Assembly: GCA_965242965.1 (NCBI GenBank)
Contig: OZ251518.1
Location: 160,001-224,000 of the forward strand
DNA: 64,000 bases
Source: Candidatus Poribacteria bacterium
GTDB taxonomy: Bacteria; Poribacteria; WGA-4E; WGA-3G
Direction: 5' to 3'
Of the stretch, positions 1 through 10,639 are shown one piece after another. Within the stretch, counting starts at the first letter, position 1. Each line of letters opens with the position of its first letter. Below the pieces are notes generated by a model. That model saw only the letters and a program-made list of their open reading frames with translations, did not search any database and was not told the origin of the DNA. A program made the position numbers and the translations under genes.

Positions 1-769
1 AAATAAATTCGTCTTCGTTGAGGTGGACACCGGCTTGCAGCCTGCACATGACTCCCCAAGCCCCCACCTCCGTTGCACCGGCGTGGTCAAACGCGCGTGC
101 GCCCCAGCACGTCTCAATGCGTTGTTTCGTGGCAGGTAAACTCGCTCCTGGCTCACCAGCGTGAATCGTGACGCGGACGCTTGAGGAACTGGCAAGTTCG
201 ATGCCATTTTCCTCCGCTGCAGCGGCGAGCCGCAGTGCATAGGTAGGCGTGCAAACTAGCACCGTCACGTCATTATAGAGCATTGCGCGAAGACGCTGCT
301 CCGAGGATAGCCCACCGTTCGGGATTGTCAACGCGCCGAGTTGCCTCGCGCCGTGATGCGCACTCCAGAAACCGATAAACGGTCCGAAGGTGAACGCAAT
401 CATGAGCCGGTCGGCGGCTGTTACGCCCGCTTCACGGTAGATGTCTCGCCAACATTTCCCCCACCAATCCCATGATTCGGCGGTATCCAACCACCGTATC
501 GGTTTTCCGGTAGTGCCGGAAGTTTGGTGGAGACAGATATACTTCTCCAGAGGAAAGGTAAGATTTGTGCCGTAAGGCGGGTGCGCCCCCTGGTCTGCGC
601 TGAGTTCCGATTTTGTCGTGAAGGGCAGCCGCTGGTAATCCGCGAACGTTTGCACATCGTTCGGATGCGTTATTCCTGCTTCGGCGAATTTTTGTCGATA
701 GAAGGCATTCGTTTTCAATACCGGTGCAAGCATTTTGCGGAGCCTGTGCAACTGTTTTGTTGTTTGCAT
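1..769 (-). CDS. Phenylacetate-CoA ligase family (PaaK-like) AMP-dependent ligase, runs off left edge
   Basis: Manual translation (not in ORF track): MQTTKQLHRLRKMLAPVLKTNAFYRQKF...LPFTTKSEL...HQTSGTTGKP...FTFGPFIGFW...VCTPTYALRL; P-loop TSGTTGKP. Confidence 0.85.
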   Translation of the reverse strand, partial: MQTTKQLHRLRKMLAPVLKTNAFYRQKFAEAGITHPNDVQTFADYQRLPFTTKSELSADQGAHPPYGTNLTFPLEKYICLHQTSGTTGKPIRWLDTAESWDWWGKCWRDIYREAGVTAADRLMIAFTFGPFIGFWSAHHGARQLGALTIPNGGLSSEQRLRAMLYNDVTVLVCTPTYALRLAAAAEENGIELASSSSVRVTIHAGEPGASLPATKQRIETCWGARAFDHAGATEVGAWGVMCRLQAGVHLNEDEFI

Positions 770-799
770 ATTTTTGTTTTTAACCGGTCTGCTCACGGT

Positions 800-900
800 A
801 TGGCGATGGCGAGGGACAGGCCCTCGCTCTACAGGCCGGGGAGACGGTATCGCGAGGGACAAGTGAGGAATCGAGACCGGGAGGACTCGCCTACCAGGCC
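800..900. repeat. REP-like hairpin cluster
   Basis: ggcgagggacaggccctcgctctac and cgagaccgggaggactcgcctac, reverse complements of the GTAG-REP modules found across the window. Confidence 0.75.
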
Positions 901-915
901 CCTCACACGACAGGC

Positions 916-2277
916 CTAAGTATAACGCGTGTTTTGATACTCCGGCGCGTAGAATGCCGGGAGCAAGGCATCTACCTGCAGCAACCCGCGTTGCGTCAAG
1001 CGGATTTCGTCTGCCCCGCGGTCAAACGTTAACATGCCATCATCGCGCAAGTTCCGGTAGGCATCGGCGAACTGCGTGAGGATATCCGCTCCAAATTTCT
1101 CCTCAAAATAGGAGGGACAGATTTCTCCGAGTTTAAGCTGCAAGATCATCTCACGTGTCAACCGTTCCTCGTCCGTGGGCATCAATGCACGGGAAATAGG
1201 CAGTCTATTTTCTTCAAGGTGCGCGAGGTAGTCTCCCCACGATGGCGCGTTCTGGAAGTGAATCCCCCTCAGATGCGAGAACGATGCGACACCTGTCCCG
1301 AGCATATCACTCCCCTGCCACACCGCGTCCCGATAGACAAATTGTTGCGTCAGTTCTCCTCCATCCTTCACCATCGTATAGGCACTGGAGCGACGATACC
1401 CGGCTTCTGCAAACTGCTCATTCGCGTACTGATGCCATTCGCGCTTCAGTTTCCAATCCGCCACCGGCAGCGAGTCACCGCCGAGAATGTCTTTGGAATA
1501 GACGGTATTGAAAGGTAATTCCAGTTGATAGACGGTAATGCTGTCGGGCTCCAACGCAATCGTCTTTTTGACGGTTTCGCGCCAACTCTCCCACGTTTCG
1601 CCTATCATGCCAGAGATGAGATCGATGTTTACCTGCCGGAAGTCCAACGCCTTTATCCACGGTGCAATGCGATAAACCTCTTTGGTGAGGTGTGCCCTGC
1701 CGTTTTCGGCGAGGATTTCATCGTTCAAGTTTTCCACGCCGAGGCTGAGACGGGTTACGCCGATCGACTTAATAGCCTCCAACTTCGTTTGGGTGAGGGT
1801 GCCGGGTTCACACTCAAACGCGACTTCCTCTGCGTCGTCCCACGGGAGCACTGCTTTCACCCGCGATACCAACGTCTTCAGGTGCTTGACGCTGATATAG
1901 GACGGCGTGCCGCCGCCGAAATAGACGAATTTCAACGGGCGATTTGCGATTGCAGGTTGCGCACTATAGAGCTCCACCTCTTTCGCCAGCGCGTTTAAGT
2001 AAACGTCAATCTCCGAACTATTCTTATCGGTGTAAACCCGAAAATAGCAGAACTTGCACCGCTTGCGGCAAAAAGGGATGTGCATATAAAGTCCGAGCGT
2101 TGCATCCCGACGCGGCGGCGCATCCAACGCCTCCCGAACTGCCGGCACATCCTTATCACCCCAAGCCGAATACGGCGGATAGTTGGATACGAAAACGCTC
2201 CCTACCGTCGTCTGTTTGGATTCTATGCCTGCCGTTGCAGGTTCCGGTTTTGTCTTGTCTCTCGTATCCAAGTTCAT
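916..2277 (-). CDS. HemN/coproporphyrinogen III oxidase-like radical SAM protein
   Basis: HIPFCRKRCKFCYF (CxxxCxxC), YFGGGTPS, RLSLGVEN, NIDLISG; likely start MNLDT overlaps the upstream stop (ATGA). Confidence 0.85.
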   Translation of the reverse strand: MNLDTRDKTKPEPATAGIESKQTTVGSVFVSNYPPYSAWGDKDVPAVREALDAPPRRDATLGLYMHIPFCRKRCKFCYFRVYTDKNSSEIDVYLNALAKEVELYSAQPAIANRPLKFVYFGGGTPSYISVKHLKTLVSRVKAVLPWDDAEEVAFECEPGTLTQTKLEAIKSIGVTRLSLGVENLNDEILAENGRAHLTKEVYRIAPWIKALDFRQVNIDLISGMIGETWESWRETVKKTIALEPDSITVYQLELPFNTVYSKDILGGDSLPVADWKLKREWHQYANEQFAEAGYRRSSAYTMVKDGGELTQQFVYRDAVWQGSDMLGTGVASFSHLRGIHFQNAPSWGDYLAHLEENRLPISRALMPTDEERLTREMILQLKLGEICPSYFEEKFGADILTQFADAYRNLRDDGMLTFDRGADEIRLTQRGLLQVDALLPAFYAPEYQNTRYT

Positions 2278-3425
2278 TTCCTTTTTCCTCCGAAGCAGTA
2301 GAGGGTGCCATCCTCTGTCCCGATATATACTTTTCCATCGGCAACACTCGGTGAGGCGACGATGGCGGAGCCCGTTGTGAACTCCCACACCGGTTCGCCT
2401 GTCGTGACATCTAAAGCGATGAAATTTCCGCGGGTTGTGCCGACAAAGGCGCGCATCCCGGCGATGACAGCGGAAGATTCAATACGGGATTTGGCGGCGT
2501 AAGTCCATTGCGATTCACCCGTGTCAGGCATGAGCGCGTGCACCATCTTATCGCGTCCACCGATGATAACACGTTCGTCAGTCACAGCAGCGGAGGCAAA
2601 GAAAGGAAATCGACGTTTCGGATGTTGATACCGCCACTGAATCTCACCGGTTTGGACATCAATTCCCAACACTTCGCTCCCATACGTTCCGACATAAACG
2701 TGGTTTCTCCAGCACGCGGCACTCGCGCCGACATACGCGCCGAGAGGCACCTGATGTGTCTGTGTGCCATCCGCAATAGAGAGGACGCGCAGATAACTGT
2801 CGCACCCCGTGACAATCACCGAATCACCGACAATCGCAGGGGTACCGTGGACGTAACCCTCCGTCTCAAATTTCCAGACTAGGGTGCCATCTCTCCTATT
2901 GAGGCAGTAAAGAAATCCATCATAGGAACCGAACAGCACCCGTTCTCCAGAAAAATTCGCGGATGAGATAATCTCGCCTTCGGTGTGAAACTGCCAGTTG
3001 ACTTGCCCGTTGCCGATGTCGATGGCATAGAAAACCCCCGTACCGTCGCCAAAGTATAGGTTTCCATTTCGGATGGAAGGCGATGCTTTAATCTGTCCTT
3101 CTGCCTGAAATTTCCATTTCAACTGTCCGTTCTGCGCGTCAACGGCATAGAGGTAACCGTCCAATGCGCCGAAATACACGGTGCCATCAACAACCGCCGC
3201 CGTGGATTCAATGATATCCTCCGCCTGAAATGTCCAGAGAAGTGTGAGTTCATCGGGAAGTTCAGTGATTGCAACGCCGGTGAGTTGCGGATTGCCCCGG
3301 AAACTGGGCCAGTCGCCAAAAACGGGCACCCCAACGAAGGACAGCGTCTGAATCAGGATGAACAGACTGATAGGATTCACCTGATGCCGCCAGCCGAACC
3401 CGGTTCTGTCAATAAGTCGCTTCAT
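2274..3425 (-). CDS. PQQ-like/BamB-like beta-propeller repeat protein
   Basis: DWPSFRG N-terminus and about 8 repeats of the type VYFG..DG.LYA.D...G...WKF. Confidence 0.85.
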   Translation of the reverse strand: MKRLIDRTGFGWRHQVNPISLFILIQTLSFVGVPVFGDWPSFRGNPQLTGVAITELPDELTLLWTFQAEDIIESTAAVVDGTVYFGALDGYLYAVDAQNGQLKWKFQAEGQIKASPSIRNGNLYFGDGTGVFYAIDIGNGQVNWQFHTEGEIISSANFSGERVLFGSYDGFLYCLNRRDGTLVWKFETEGYVHGTPAIVGDSVIVTGCDSYLRVLSIADGTQTHQVPLGAYVGASAACWRNHVYVGTYGSEVLGIDVQTGEIQWRYQHPKRRFPFFASAAVTDERVIIGGRDKMVHALMPDTGESQWTYAAKSRIESSAVIAGMRAFVGTTRGNFIALDVTTGEPVWEFTTGSAIVASPSVADGKVYIGTEDGTLYCFGGKRK

Positions 3426-4536
3426 AAAGCCTCACAAAATCTTGCAGTGCTAGCGGACGTGGATTAAACTGTGCTGTCCATTGCGCCGCCGCTTCTTCCG
3501 CCAATGTGGGGATATCGCTTCGCGCAATGCCGAAATCTCGGAGGCAGTGTGGTAATCCGGTGGCATCCTTGAGTGCCACAATCTGCTCAGCGAGCTCTCT
3601 GTCAGGCGACAACTCCCGATATAAATCTGCAACGACGGTGCTATTGAACCTGATGACGTGCGGTAACATGAGTGCTACTGCAACGCCGTGCGTGATGTCG
3701 TATTGCGCAGTCAACGGATTAGCGCAGGCGTGCGCTGCACCGAGCATCGAATATTCGATGGCCGTTCCTGCGAGGTAAGCACCGAATAGCATGTTACCAT
3801 AAACCGAGCATTCTGCATCGAGTTGCACGCCGCCCTCTGCAACCGCCGCTTCAAAATTTGCCGTTAACAACCGCCACGCCTGATGCGCGAACAGACTTGA
3901 CATCAAGTTTCGGCGCGTGGAGACGAAACTCTCCACGGCGTGCGCGATAGCATCTATCCCTGTGGCTGCTGCTACCGGTTTCGGTACGGTGGTGATGAGG
4001 CCCGGGTCTAAAATTACGGTTGCGAATTTCGCTTTTCTGTCACCACACGCCATTTTGATATGCGTTTCCACTTGTGAAATCAAGGCAAAGGACTGCGCTT
4101 CGCTGCCGGTGCCGGCGGTTGTCGGAATTCCGATGGAAGGAAGCATTGCGCGCGTGGCGCGATTTGAGCCCCAATAGTCCTCCATTTTTCCGCCGTTTGT
4201 GAGCAAGAAGTTGACACCCTTAGCGCAATCCATCGCGCTACCGCCGCCGAGCCCGATGATGATGTCAATCGGCGCGTTCGCCTTCGCGAAAGCGTGGGCG
4301 GCTTCAACGTGCCGCGTCGTCGGATTCGGCGCAACATCGGCAAAAGTGTGACAGACGATTCCTTCGCGTTGTAACGCCGCAATCCCCTGCGCGACGATGC
4401 CGGCATCTTGCACACCCGGGTCCGTCACGATAAGCACCCGATATCCATTGAGTGCCTTGGCTGCCTCACCGAGTCTCTCTACGGCGTTCTTTCCAAAGAT
4501 GACGCGCTGCGTCAGTTCGGATTCAAAGTTTTGCAT
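3409..4536 (-). CDS. Iron-containing alcohol dehydrogenase
   Basis: GLGGGSAMDCAK, IPTTAGTGSE, GIDAIAHAVES, H...H Fe ligands. Confidence 0.92.
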   Translation of the reverse strand: MQNFESELTQRVIFGKNAVERLGEAAKALNGYRVLIVTDPGVQDAGIVAQGIAALQREGIVCHTFADVAPNPTTRHVEAAHAFAKANAPIDIIIGLGGGSAMDCAKGVNFLLTNGGKMEDYWGSNRATRAMLPSIGIPTTAGTGSEAQSFALISQVETHIKMACGDRKAKFATVILDPGLITTVPKPVAAATGIDAIAHAVESFVSTRRNLMSSLFAHQAWRLLTANFEAAVAEGGVQLDAECSVYGNMLFGAYLAGTAIEYSMLGAAHACANPLTAQYDITHGVAVALMLPHVIRFNSTVVADLYRELSPDRELAEQIVALKDATGLPHCLRDFGIARSDIPTLAEEAAAQWTAQFNPRPLALQDFVRLYEATY

Positions 4537-4629
4537 GAATGAAAGTTTGGACGATTCCTAATCAAAAAGGTGTTAATGACATTAAACCTTATTTCGCGAC
4601 TTTTGTCAAGCAAAGAGGATGAAGATTAC

Positions 4630-4812
4630 CGTAACGCGGGGGACAGGCCCCCGCGAACAATGGTTACCGTAGCGCGGGGGCCTGTCCCCCGCGATCTCTC
4701 CGCGCGCGATAACCCAGGCGAGGGACAGGCTCAAGACCGGAACATCGAGACCAGGAGGTCTCTCCTACCCCGCGAACGTTGGCATGGCGAGGAACAGGCC
4801 CTCGCCCTACGG
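4630..4812. repeat. REP-like hairpin cluster
   Basis: GTAGCGCGGGGGCCTGTCCCCCGCG at 4669-4693 plus inverted modules. Confidence 0.8.
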
Positions 4813-4831
4813 ATTTCCAACGGTTTCAGGA

Positions 4832-7800
4832 CTACTCAGCCTTCGCGCGTTTGATGACTACCAGCGTTAAATCATCATACTGCTCCGTTTCGCCGACAAA
4901 TTCGTGGACATCCTCAACGATGCGGTTAATTATCTCCTCTGCGGTGTAGTCTGCCGGCATGTCGGAGACTAACTCCATTAACCGCTCCGTGCCATACATC
5001 TCGTCCTCGGCATCAAGTGCCTCGATGATGCCATCGGTATGGAAGATGAAAGCATCCCCTTCTTCCAACGTGAAGGAAACGGCATCGTAACGTGCTCTAC
5101 GCATGCTGCCGAGCGGCAGATCGCTGCTCTCTATTTCTGTCGTCTCTGCGTCCCGTTTCAGGAGAGGATAAGGCTGTCCGCCGTTGGCGTAGTCGATTTT
5201 TCCACTATCAGGATCCAGCACGACGAGGTTCAACGCGATGAAACTCGGTCCGTAGAGTCGCGGTGCCAACCCGATGTTCAGTTCATGGAGAATGACATCT
5301 GCCTCGGAACGGAAGCGCGTGACTTCATAAAGCATGCCGTTCGTCAGCACTGCACTCATTGCGCCGCGCAACCCCTTGCCCGCGGCATCGGCGACAGCGA
5401 TGACGGTTTGTCCGTCAGCAACGGTGAGGTAATCGAAGAAGTCTCCGCCTACCTGTTTTGCGGGGACAGACATCCCGGCGACATCAAACCCTGGAATATC
5501 GGGTGCTTCCTCTGGCAGCAATGCCATTTGTATGGTTTGCGCTTCATCCAACTCGGCGCGAATACGCGCAATCTCCGCTTCTTCCTGTTTGCGCACCTCA
5601 GCTTGCAGCTGCATCGTGCGCCGCCGAGTCATGTAAAGGCGCACCAGCAAGGTGATGACTGCGGTGATGAAGATAAGCGTCGGCAGATAACTCCGCCATT
5701 TTGTCCAAAACGGCTGCGAGATGGTAACGTTTAACACCGCCGGGCGCTGCGTATACGGCGTGCCATCGCGCAGTGCTTTGATAAGAAACGTGTAAGTGCC
5801 GGATTTCAATCCCTCATAATGGACTTGCAATGCCCCTGCCGTGCTTTGCAACTGCTGCGTAATCCCACCGTAGGATGCCTGTTGATGCGTTTGGACAGAA
5901 GATGCCGCTGTATCTGTCAACTGCGCCGCGGTCTCCGCCGAAATGTCTGTCCACGCGTTCGTGTCTAAGCCGACTAACTTAAATTGATAGCCGAGTGCCT
6001 CTCGCAGCGGGCTGATGCCTTGGAAATCGATGGTGATAGCATCAGCGCGCGATGGAAGCGTCACACCCGAAATTTCATCTACATCACCGTAACCGGAAGG
6101 TTTGAGGTGACTCGCAACCCCCGGTCTTCTAGAAAGCGAGTAGGTTCTGTCCGCCTCAATAGACGCTAAACGACAGAACGGAAGTCCGCCGCGCTCCGGC
6201 GTATAGCGTGTAGCACCGCCTTCCGTCGCGAACCACATCTCCTTCTCTTTGGATTCGTAAACATGAGAGACGTTGTTATGCCGGAGTCCGTCCTTAGTCG
6301 TGATGACATAAAAGGTTTCGCCGTCATAGCGCACGACCCCACCGCCCCACGTGGCGAACCAGATATTACCCCAACTATCCTCCTTGACATCACGCACGTC
6401 GTCGACAAGAAACCCATCTTTCGCTGTCGCATAAGTCATGACGTTTTTGCCATCGTATTTGACGGCACCGTGCTCCGTTGCCAACCACAAATCGCCAGAC
6501 TTTGATGCCAGTCGCGCGCGGACAGGGGCAACGTCAATGTCACTGTTGGTGATGGGCACGGTTTCGTCATCGCTGATGCGGTAAGTCGTCAACTGTTTTT
6601 CAAAGAGGAAGGTTACTTCTTGGGATACCTCCAACGGGTTCATCCCTTCGCTGGCGTTCCGTGTTTGCCAGACTGCAACTGGGAGCGAACGCGCAGCATG
6701 CTCTGTTTCCACCCATCGCTCTTCATCGCTTTCTGTCCACATCCACCGCGTCAATTTCCCGGTAGCACTGCTGAAAAACCATTTGATTTCAAAATCGGAT
6801 GCGAAGGATTTGCCCAGCCTTTCAGGACTGCTGGTATGCACCAATGCGGCGGCGTTCAACGGCAAGATTTCCGGTTGTAGGTTGCGTCCGCCTGTTGCTG
6901 AATAACGCTTCACCTGTCCGTTGTCAAAGTGGCACCAAAGTCGGCCCAGCTTATCCGTGTGGAGAGACGTAATCGCCGAGGGTGCATGGCGCATCTCGCG
7001 AGTCTGCTGAAACAGAACCTTGACGAACCCTGCTTCCGGCGAGAGCCACTGCAACCCGGTTGCATCCGGTTTGAAGAGCCATCCGCCTAAAGCAAGCCAC
7101 GGTTTCTCGCCTTCGGACAGGAGCACCTCAACGTTACGCGTATTGAGTCTTTCGCCGCCGGGCCCGATTTCAACGGCGACAGAGAGAGAAACCTGGTCAA
7201 ATTTGCCGTTGGCATATCGGAAGAAGGTGTATCGCGTTGCATCGCGGCCGGGTGCCGGGCGGTTGATGAACCAGACATGCTCATCAACTTCAAAGATTTT
7301 GATAATCTCCGTGCGTCTTCTAAAGTTATTGAAACTTTCTGCGCGTCTTCTTCCGATTGCGTTCGCCGCTCTCCTCCGTCGCGGTTCACCCGATGTCTCT
7401 ATCCGCAATCGATGCGTTGATAGCGCGGTTATTCCCTCTTCAGCGAGTGCTTCGTCGGCTGTGGCGGCTGCGTCGTAAAGCGCGACACCACCGGGAATGC
7501 TAAACCAGAGTCGTCCGCGGCTATCCTCATACACGTGTCGGATGCTTTCCCCACCGATGCCGGCGCGGGTTGAATAATTCCTCATCGCCGGTCTGGGGTT
7601 GTAGGCAGTCACACCGTTATCGTGTCCAAACCAGAGCGTGCCGTCTATCGCCTCGAAAATAGAGAGAATCCGGTCGCTGCCGAGTCCATCATCGGCATAA
7701 TAGTCGGTTTGGACAAGGTCTGCATCGTATTGATGCGCGCCACGCTGGCCGGCAAACCAAAGATTCCCGGTTCTGTCTTCCATTGCGAGGAAGCCGCGCA

Positions 7801-8938
7801 GATATTCAGGACGTGCGCTGATATCCCCGTTAGTGGCGGTTCTAAGGGCCCGGAGGGTTGTTCCGTCCCACTGTCGGAGGCTGCCGCGGGCACTAAACCA
7901 GATTCTCCCTTTTGTGTCACTCTGAAGTGAAACCCGCCTGTCGGGAGGTGGTGGTGCTCCCGGCGTTTGAGGGGCTGCCTCGCCGCCGCGCTGCGCCCTA
8001 GGTGGTGGAGGAGCTTCCCCACGTCCCTCGCCTCTCCCGGGTCGCGTTCTCCTTGGATGGATGCGTTCAAAGGTTTCGCCTTGCATCCGGATGAGGAAAT
8101 TTTCTCCGCCAAACCAGAGCGTATCGGATGCATCCTGTGCGATGGCGTGAATTGCTGTGCCGTGTTGCAGTTCTGGTGCACTAACGCTGTCAAACGCCCG
8201 CGTCTCTCCAGTTTCACGATGAACGTTCAGCACTACTGCGTTCTCCCCATCGCTTCCACCGAGCCAGAGATATCCATCTCCGCTCTCAAATATCACGTTT
8301 ATCGTGAGGGGATTTTGCCATGAGGGCCGGTCTGGCCGCACTTTGGCTGCAACAGGGACGCTTCGCAGTTGCGGTGCCTGTTGCACGCCGGCGGTGGTAT
8401 ACTGCACCAGTTTTATGCCATCGCCGCCGGCTACCCAGATATCGCCGTGCCGGTCGGCGAGGAGCGCGTTCCCTGTAGTAATAGGTTCAAACAACGTGCC
8501 GTCAAACCGGGTCACGCGTCCTACAGCCTCAGTAGGGACGCGAGACAAGAACCAGATATGTCCCCATTTATCTTCGACGATATGTTGCGTATAACCGAGC
8601 AGCGCGCCTGGTGCAACGGCAGCTTCACGGGGAGGTGTCTGGCCGTCCGAACTCCAGTAGAAATAGAAGCCGCTCTCAGCCTGTTCATCTGTTGTGGTTC
8701 CCTCGCGTATTCCGACGTAGGCAACGAAGGTGTTTCCATCAAATCGGGTTACGCCGCCGCGGTTAGAACCGAACCAGAGTATGCCGCGGCTATCCTGAAA
8801 AATAACGGGGACAACGGGCGCGACCAGGCCGTCTGCAACCGTGTAGGTTTGCATCTGCTCTGCGTGGGTGGCAGTCCCCGTTGTGAGCAGGACGAGACAA
8901 ATTACCCAAATGGGTGCATGAATTGAAAATGTTTTCAT
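4832..8938 (-). CDS. Membrane sensor phosphatase: two-component-regulator propeller repeats + Y_Y_Y-like domain + TM + SpoIIE/PP2C domain
   Basis: Signal peptide; repeated DSRG.LWF/DG L..N.V repeats; TM LPTLIFITAVITLLV; PP2C motifs VGGDFFD, ADAAGKG, HTDGIIEA, DDLTLVV. Confidence 0.85.
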   Translation of the reverse strand: MKTFSIHAPIWVICLVLLTTGTATHAEQMQTYTVADGLVAPVVPVIFQDSRGILWFGSNRGGVTRFDGNTFVAYVGIREGTTTDEQAESGFYFYWSSDGQTPPREAAVAPGALLGYTQHIVEDKWGHIWFLSRVPTEAVGRVTRFDGTLFEPITTGNALLADRHGDIWVAGGDGIKLVQYTTAGVQQAPQLRSVPVAAKVRPDRPSWQNPLTINVIFESGDGYLWLGGSDGENAVVLNVHRETGETRAFDSVSAPELQHGTAIHAIAQDASDTLWFGGENFLIRMQGETFERIHPRRTRPGRGEGRGEAPPPPRAQRGGEAAPQTPGAPPPPDRRVSLQSDTKGRIWFSARGSLRQWDGTTLRALRTATNGDISARPEYLRGFLAMEDRTGNLWFAGQRGAHQYDADLVQTDYYADDGLGSDRILSIFEAIDGTLWFGHDNGVTAYNPRPAMRNYSTRAGIGGESIRHVYEDSRGRLWFSIPGGVALYDAAATADEALAEEGITALSTHRLRIETSGEPRRRRAANAIGRRRAESFNNFRRRTEIIKIFEVDEHVWFINRPAPGRDATRYTFFRYANGKFDQVSLSVAVEIGPGGERLNTRNVEVLLSEGEKPWLALGGWLFKPDATGLQWLSPEAGFVKVLFQQTREMRHAPSAITSLHTDKLGRLWCHFDNGQVKRYSATGGRNLQPEILPLNAAALVHTSSPERLGKSFASDFEIKWFFSSATGKLTRWMWTESDEERWVETEHAARSLPVAVWQTRNASEGMNPLEVSQEVTFLFEKQLTTYRISDDETVPITNSDIDVAPVRARLASKSGDLWLATEHGAVKYDGKNVMTYATAKDGFLVDDVRDVKEDSWGNIWFATWGGGVVRYDGETFYVITTKDGLRHNNVSHVYESKEKEMWFATEGGATRYTPERGGLPFCRLASIEADRTYSLSRRPGVASHLKPSGYGDVDEISGVTLPSRADAITIDFQGISPLREALGYQFKLVGLDTNAWTDISAETAAQLTDTAASSVQTHQQASYGGITQQLQSTAGALQVHYEGLKSGTYTFLIKALRDGTPYTQRPAVLNVTISQPFWTKWRSYLPTLIFITAVITLLVRLYMTRRRTMQLQAEVRKQEEAEIARIRAELDEAQTIQMALLPEEAPDIPGFDVAGMSVPAKQVGGDFFDYLTVADGQTVIAVADAAGKGLRGAMSAVLTNGMLYEVTRFRSEADVILHELNIGLAPRLYGPSFIALNLVVLDPDSGKIDYANGGQPYPLLKRDAETTEIESSDLPLGSMRRARYDAVSFTLEEGDAFIFHTDGIIEALDAEDEMYGTERLMELVSDMPADYTAEEIINRIVEDVHEFVGETEQYDDLTLVVIKRAKAE

Positions 8939-9003
8939 AAGTTCCTCGCTCCCGAAAACCGTTCCCGGTGCGTCCGGCACGGATTCGTTTTCGTGTTTAT
9001 CCT

Positions 9004-10173
9004 TTACAGATTTGAAATGCGCGATATTGCCTCTGAAATTACCGCGTCCGGATAGGTGAGGGAGATGCGGAAGTATCCCTCACTCCATTGTCCATAGCCG
9101 AGTCCGGGCGTGACGACAACTCCCGCTTCTTCGAGAAGTGCAGTAGCGAATGCCCGACTTGAGCCGTTAAATCGCGGCGGGACCGGTGCCCACACATACA
9201 TCGTCGCCTTTGGCGTTTCAATGTTCCATCCGTTTTGCCGCAGGCCATCGACGACGATATCGCGGCGTTTCTGATAGACAGCGTTCAGTGCTGGCGTGAT
9301 TTCATCCGCGAGTGAGAGTGCCTTCGCGCCCGCGAATTGAAGCGCGCGGAGGCAGCCGTTATCAATATTGTCTTTCACCAATGTCACCGCTTCAACCGCG
9401 GTTCGGTTGCCAGCGACGAATCCCAATCTCCACCCTGTCATATTAAACGCTTTGCTCAGCGAGAAGAATTCCACGGCGACTTCGTCGGCACCGTCAACTT
9501 GCAAGATGCTCGGTGAGCGGTAGCCATCGTAGGTATTTTCGCTATAGGCGTTGTCGTGCGCGATGAGGATATCGTTCTGCCTGCCGAATTCCACGGCGCG
9601 GGCGAAAAAGTCCAAATCGGCGGTAGCTGTCGTCGGGTTGTTTGGATAGTTAATCCACAGCACCTTCGCGAGGCGTTTTACCTCATCGGGGATTGCGTCA
9701 AAGTCAACGTAGAAATCGTTTTCGCGGCGTAGCGGCGCGTAGTAAGTCGTCGCACTGGCGAAGACGTGGCCGATGTTGTAAGTCGGGTAGCCTGGGCTCG
9801 CCGCGATGCCGATATCGCCGGGGTTGAGCAGCCCCAATGCCATTTTGACGATGGCATCTTTGCTGCCGAGCGTTGTGACTACTTGTTCTTCTGCCAGCAA
9901 AACGCCGAAACGGTGTTGATAGAAATCGCGCACCGCCTGCGGAAAATCCGCGACCGGATTGTCGCATCCGTAGCGGTGTCTGTCTGCATCGGTGACATCT
10001 TGCACCGCGCTGCAGAGTGCTGCCACAACCGGGTCGGGTGTAGGCAAATCCGGGTCCCCGATACCGAGGCTAATGACATCAACACCGCGCGCTTTCGCCG
10101 CCGCCATTTTCTGCCGCAAATCTACGAAAAGATAGGGTGGAAGTTTTTGTAAACGTTCTGCAAATGTTATCAA
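9004..10173 (-). CDS. dapL: LL-diaminopimelate aminotransferase-like (class I/II PLP aminotransferase)
   Basis: ISLGIGDPD, NYPNNPT, HDNAYSE, EFFSLSKAFNMTGWRLG; TTG start. Confidence 0.75.
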   Translation of the reverse strand: MITFAERLQKLPPYLFVDLRQKMAAAKARGVDVISLGIGDPDLPTPDPVVAALCSAVQDVTDADRHRYGCDNPVADFPQAVRDFYQHRFGVLLAEEQVVTTLGSKDAIVKMALGLLNPGDIGIAASPGYPTYNIGHVFASATTYYAPLRRENDFYVDFDAIPDEVKRLAKVLWINYPNNPTTATADLDFFARAVEFGRQNDILIAHDNAYSENTYDGYRSPSILQVDGADEVAVEFFSLSKAFNMTGWRLGFVAGNRTAVEAVTLVKDNIDNGCLRALQFAGAKALSLADEITPALNAVYQKRRDIVVDGLRQNGWNIETPKATMYVWAPVPPRFNGSSRAFATALLEEAGVVVTPGLGYGQWSEGYFRISLTYPDAVISEAISRISNL

Positions 10174-10251
10174 ATTGTTTGTCCTCGTTTTTTGCGCGCT
10201 TCCAAAGCGTGCCCCGCGTAGGGACAGTTTGAAACCGTGCTTACTTTAACT

Positions 10252-10639
10252 GAGGGTGTTTCATAAATGGCTCAACGTCGCGGGGGACAGGCCCCCGCGC
10301 TACGGTGAAAAAAACGCCGCCCCTTCACGTAGGGCGAGGGCCTGTCCCTCGCCATCGTTTTGGTGTCAGACTGCATCACTCCTGTAGGTCAAGATCGCCT
10401 GATCCTGACCCGTTCGGGAGCGGGTGCTCCCGAACTACAGAGGTGGGCCCGATGCGCCTCCCCATCGCTTTTCTATCGGTATTCGCCCTCCCCGCAAGGG
10501 AGGAAACGGATTTATGAAACTTGACGATGACGATCGCGGGGGACAGGCCCCCGCGCTACGGGCACATCGAGACCGGGAGGTGGAAATCGAGCCCCGAGGT
10601 CTCTCCTACCGGGAAATCATCGATTTATGAAACACCCTC
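10252..10639. mobile_element. TIR-bounded non-autonomous element (copy A), REP-mosaic interior
   Basis: 17-bp perfect TIR GAGGGTGTTTCATAAAT; 9-bp direct repeat ACTTTAACT at 10243-10251 and 10640-10648. Confidence 0.85.

Noticed and set aside
575-600. Suspected frameshift in the PaaK-like gene at a G run
   Set aside because: Recounting gives five G residues; the frame is intact (DQGAHPPYG).
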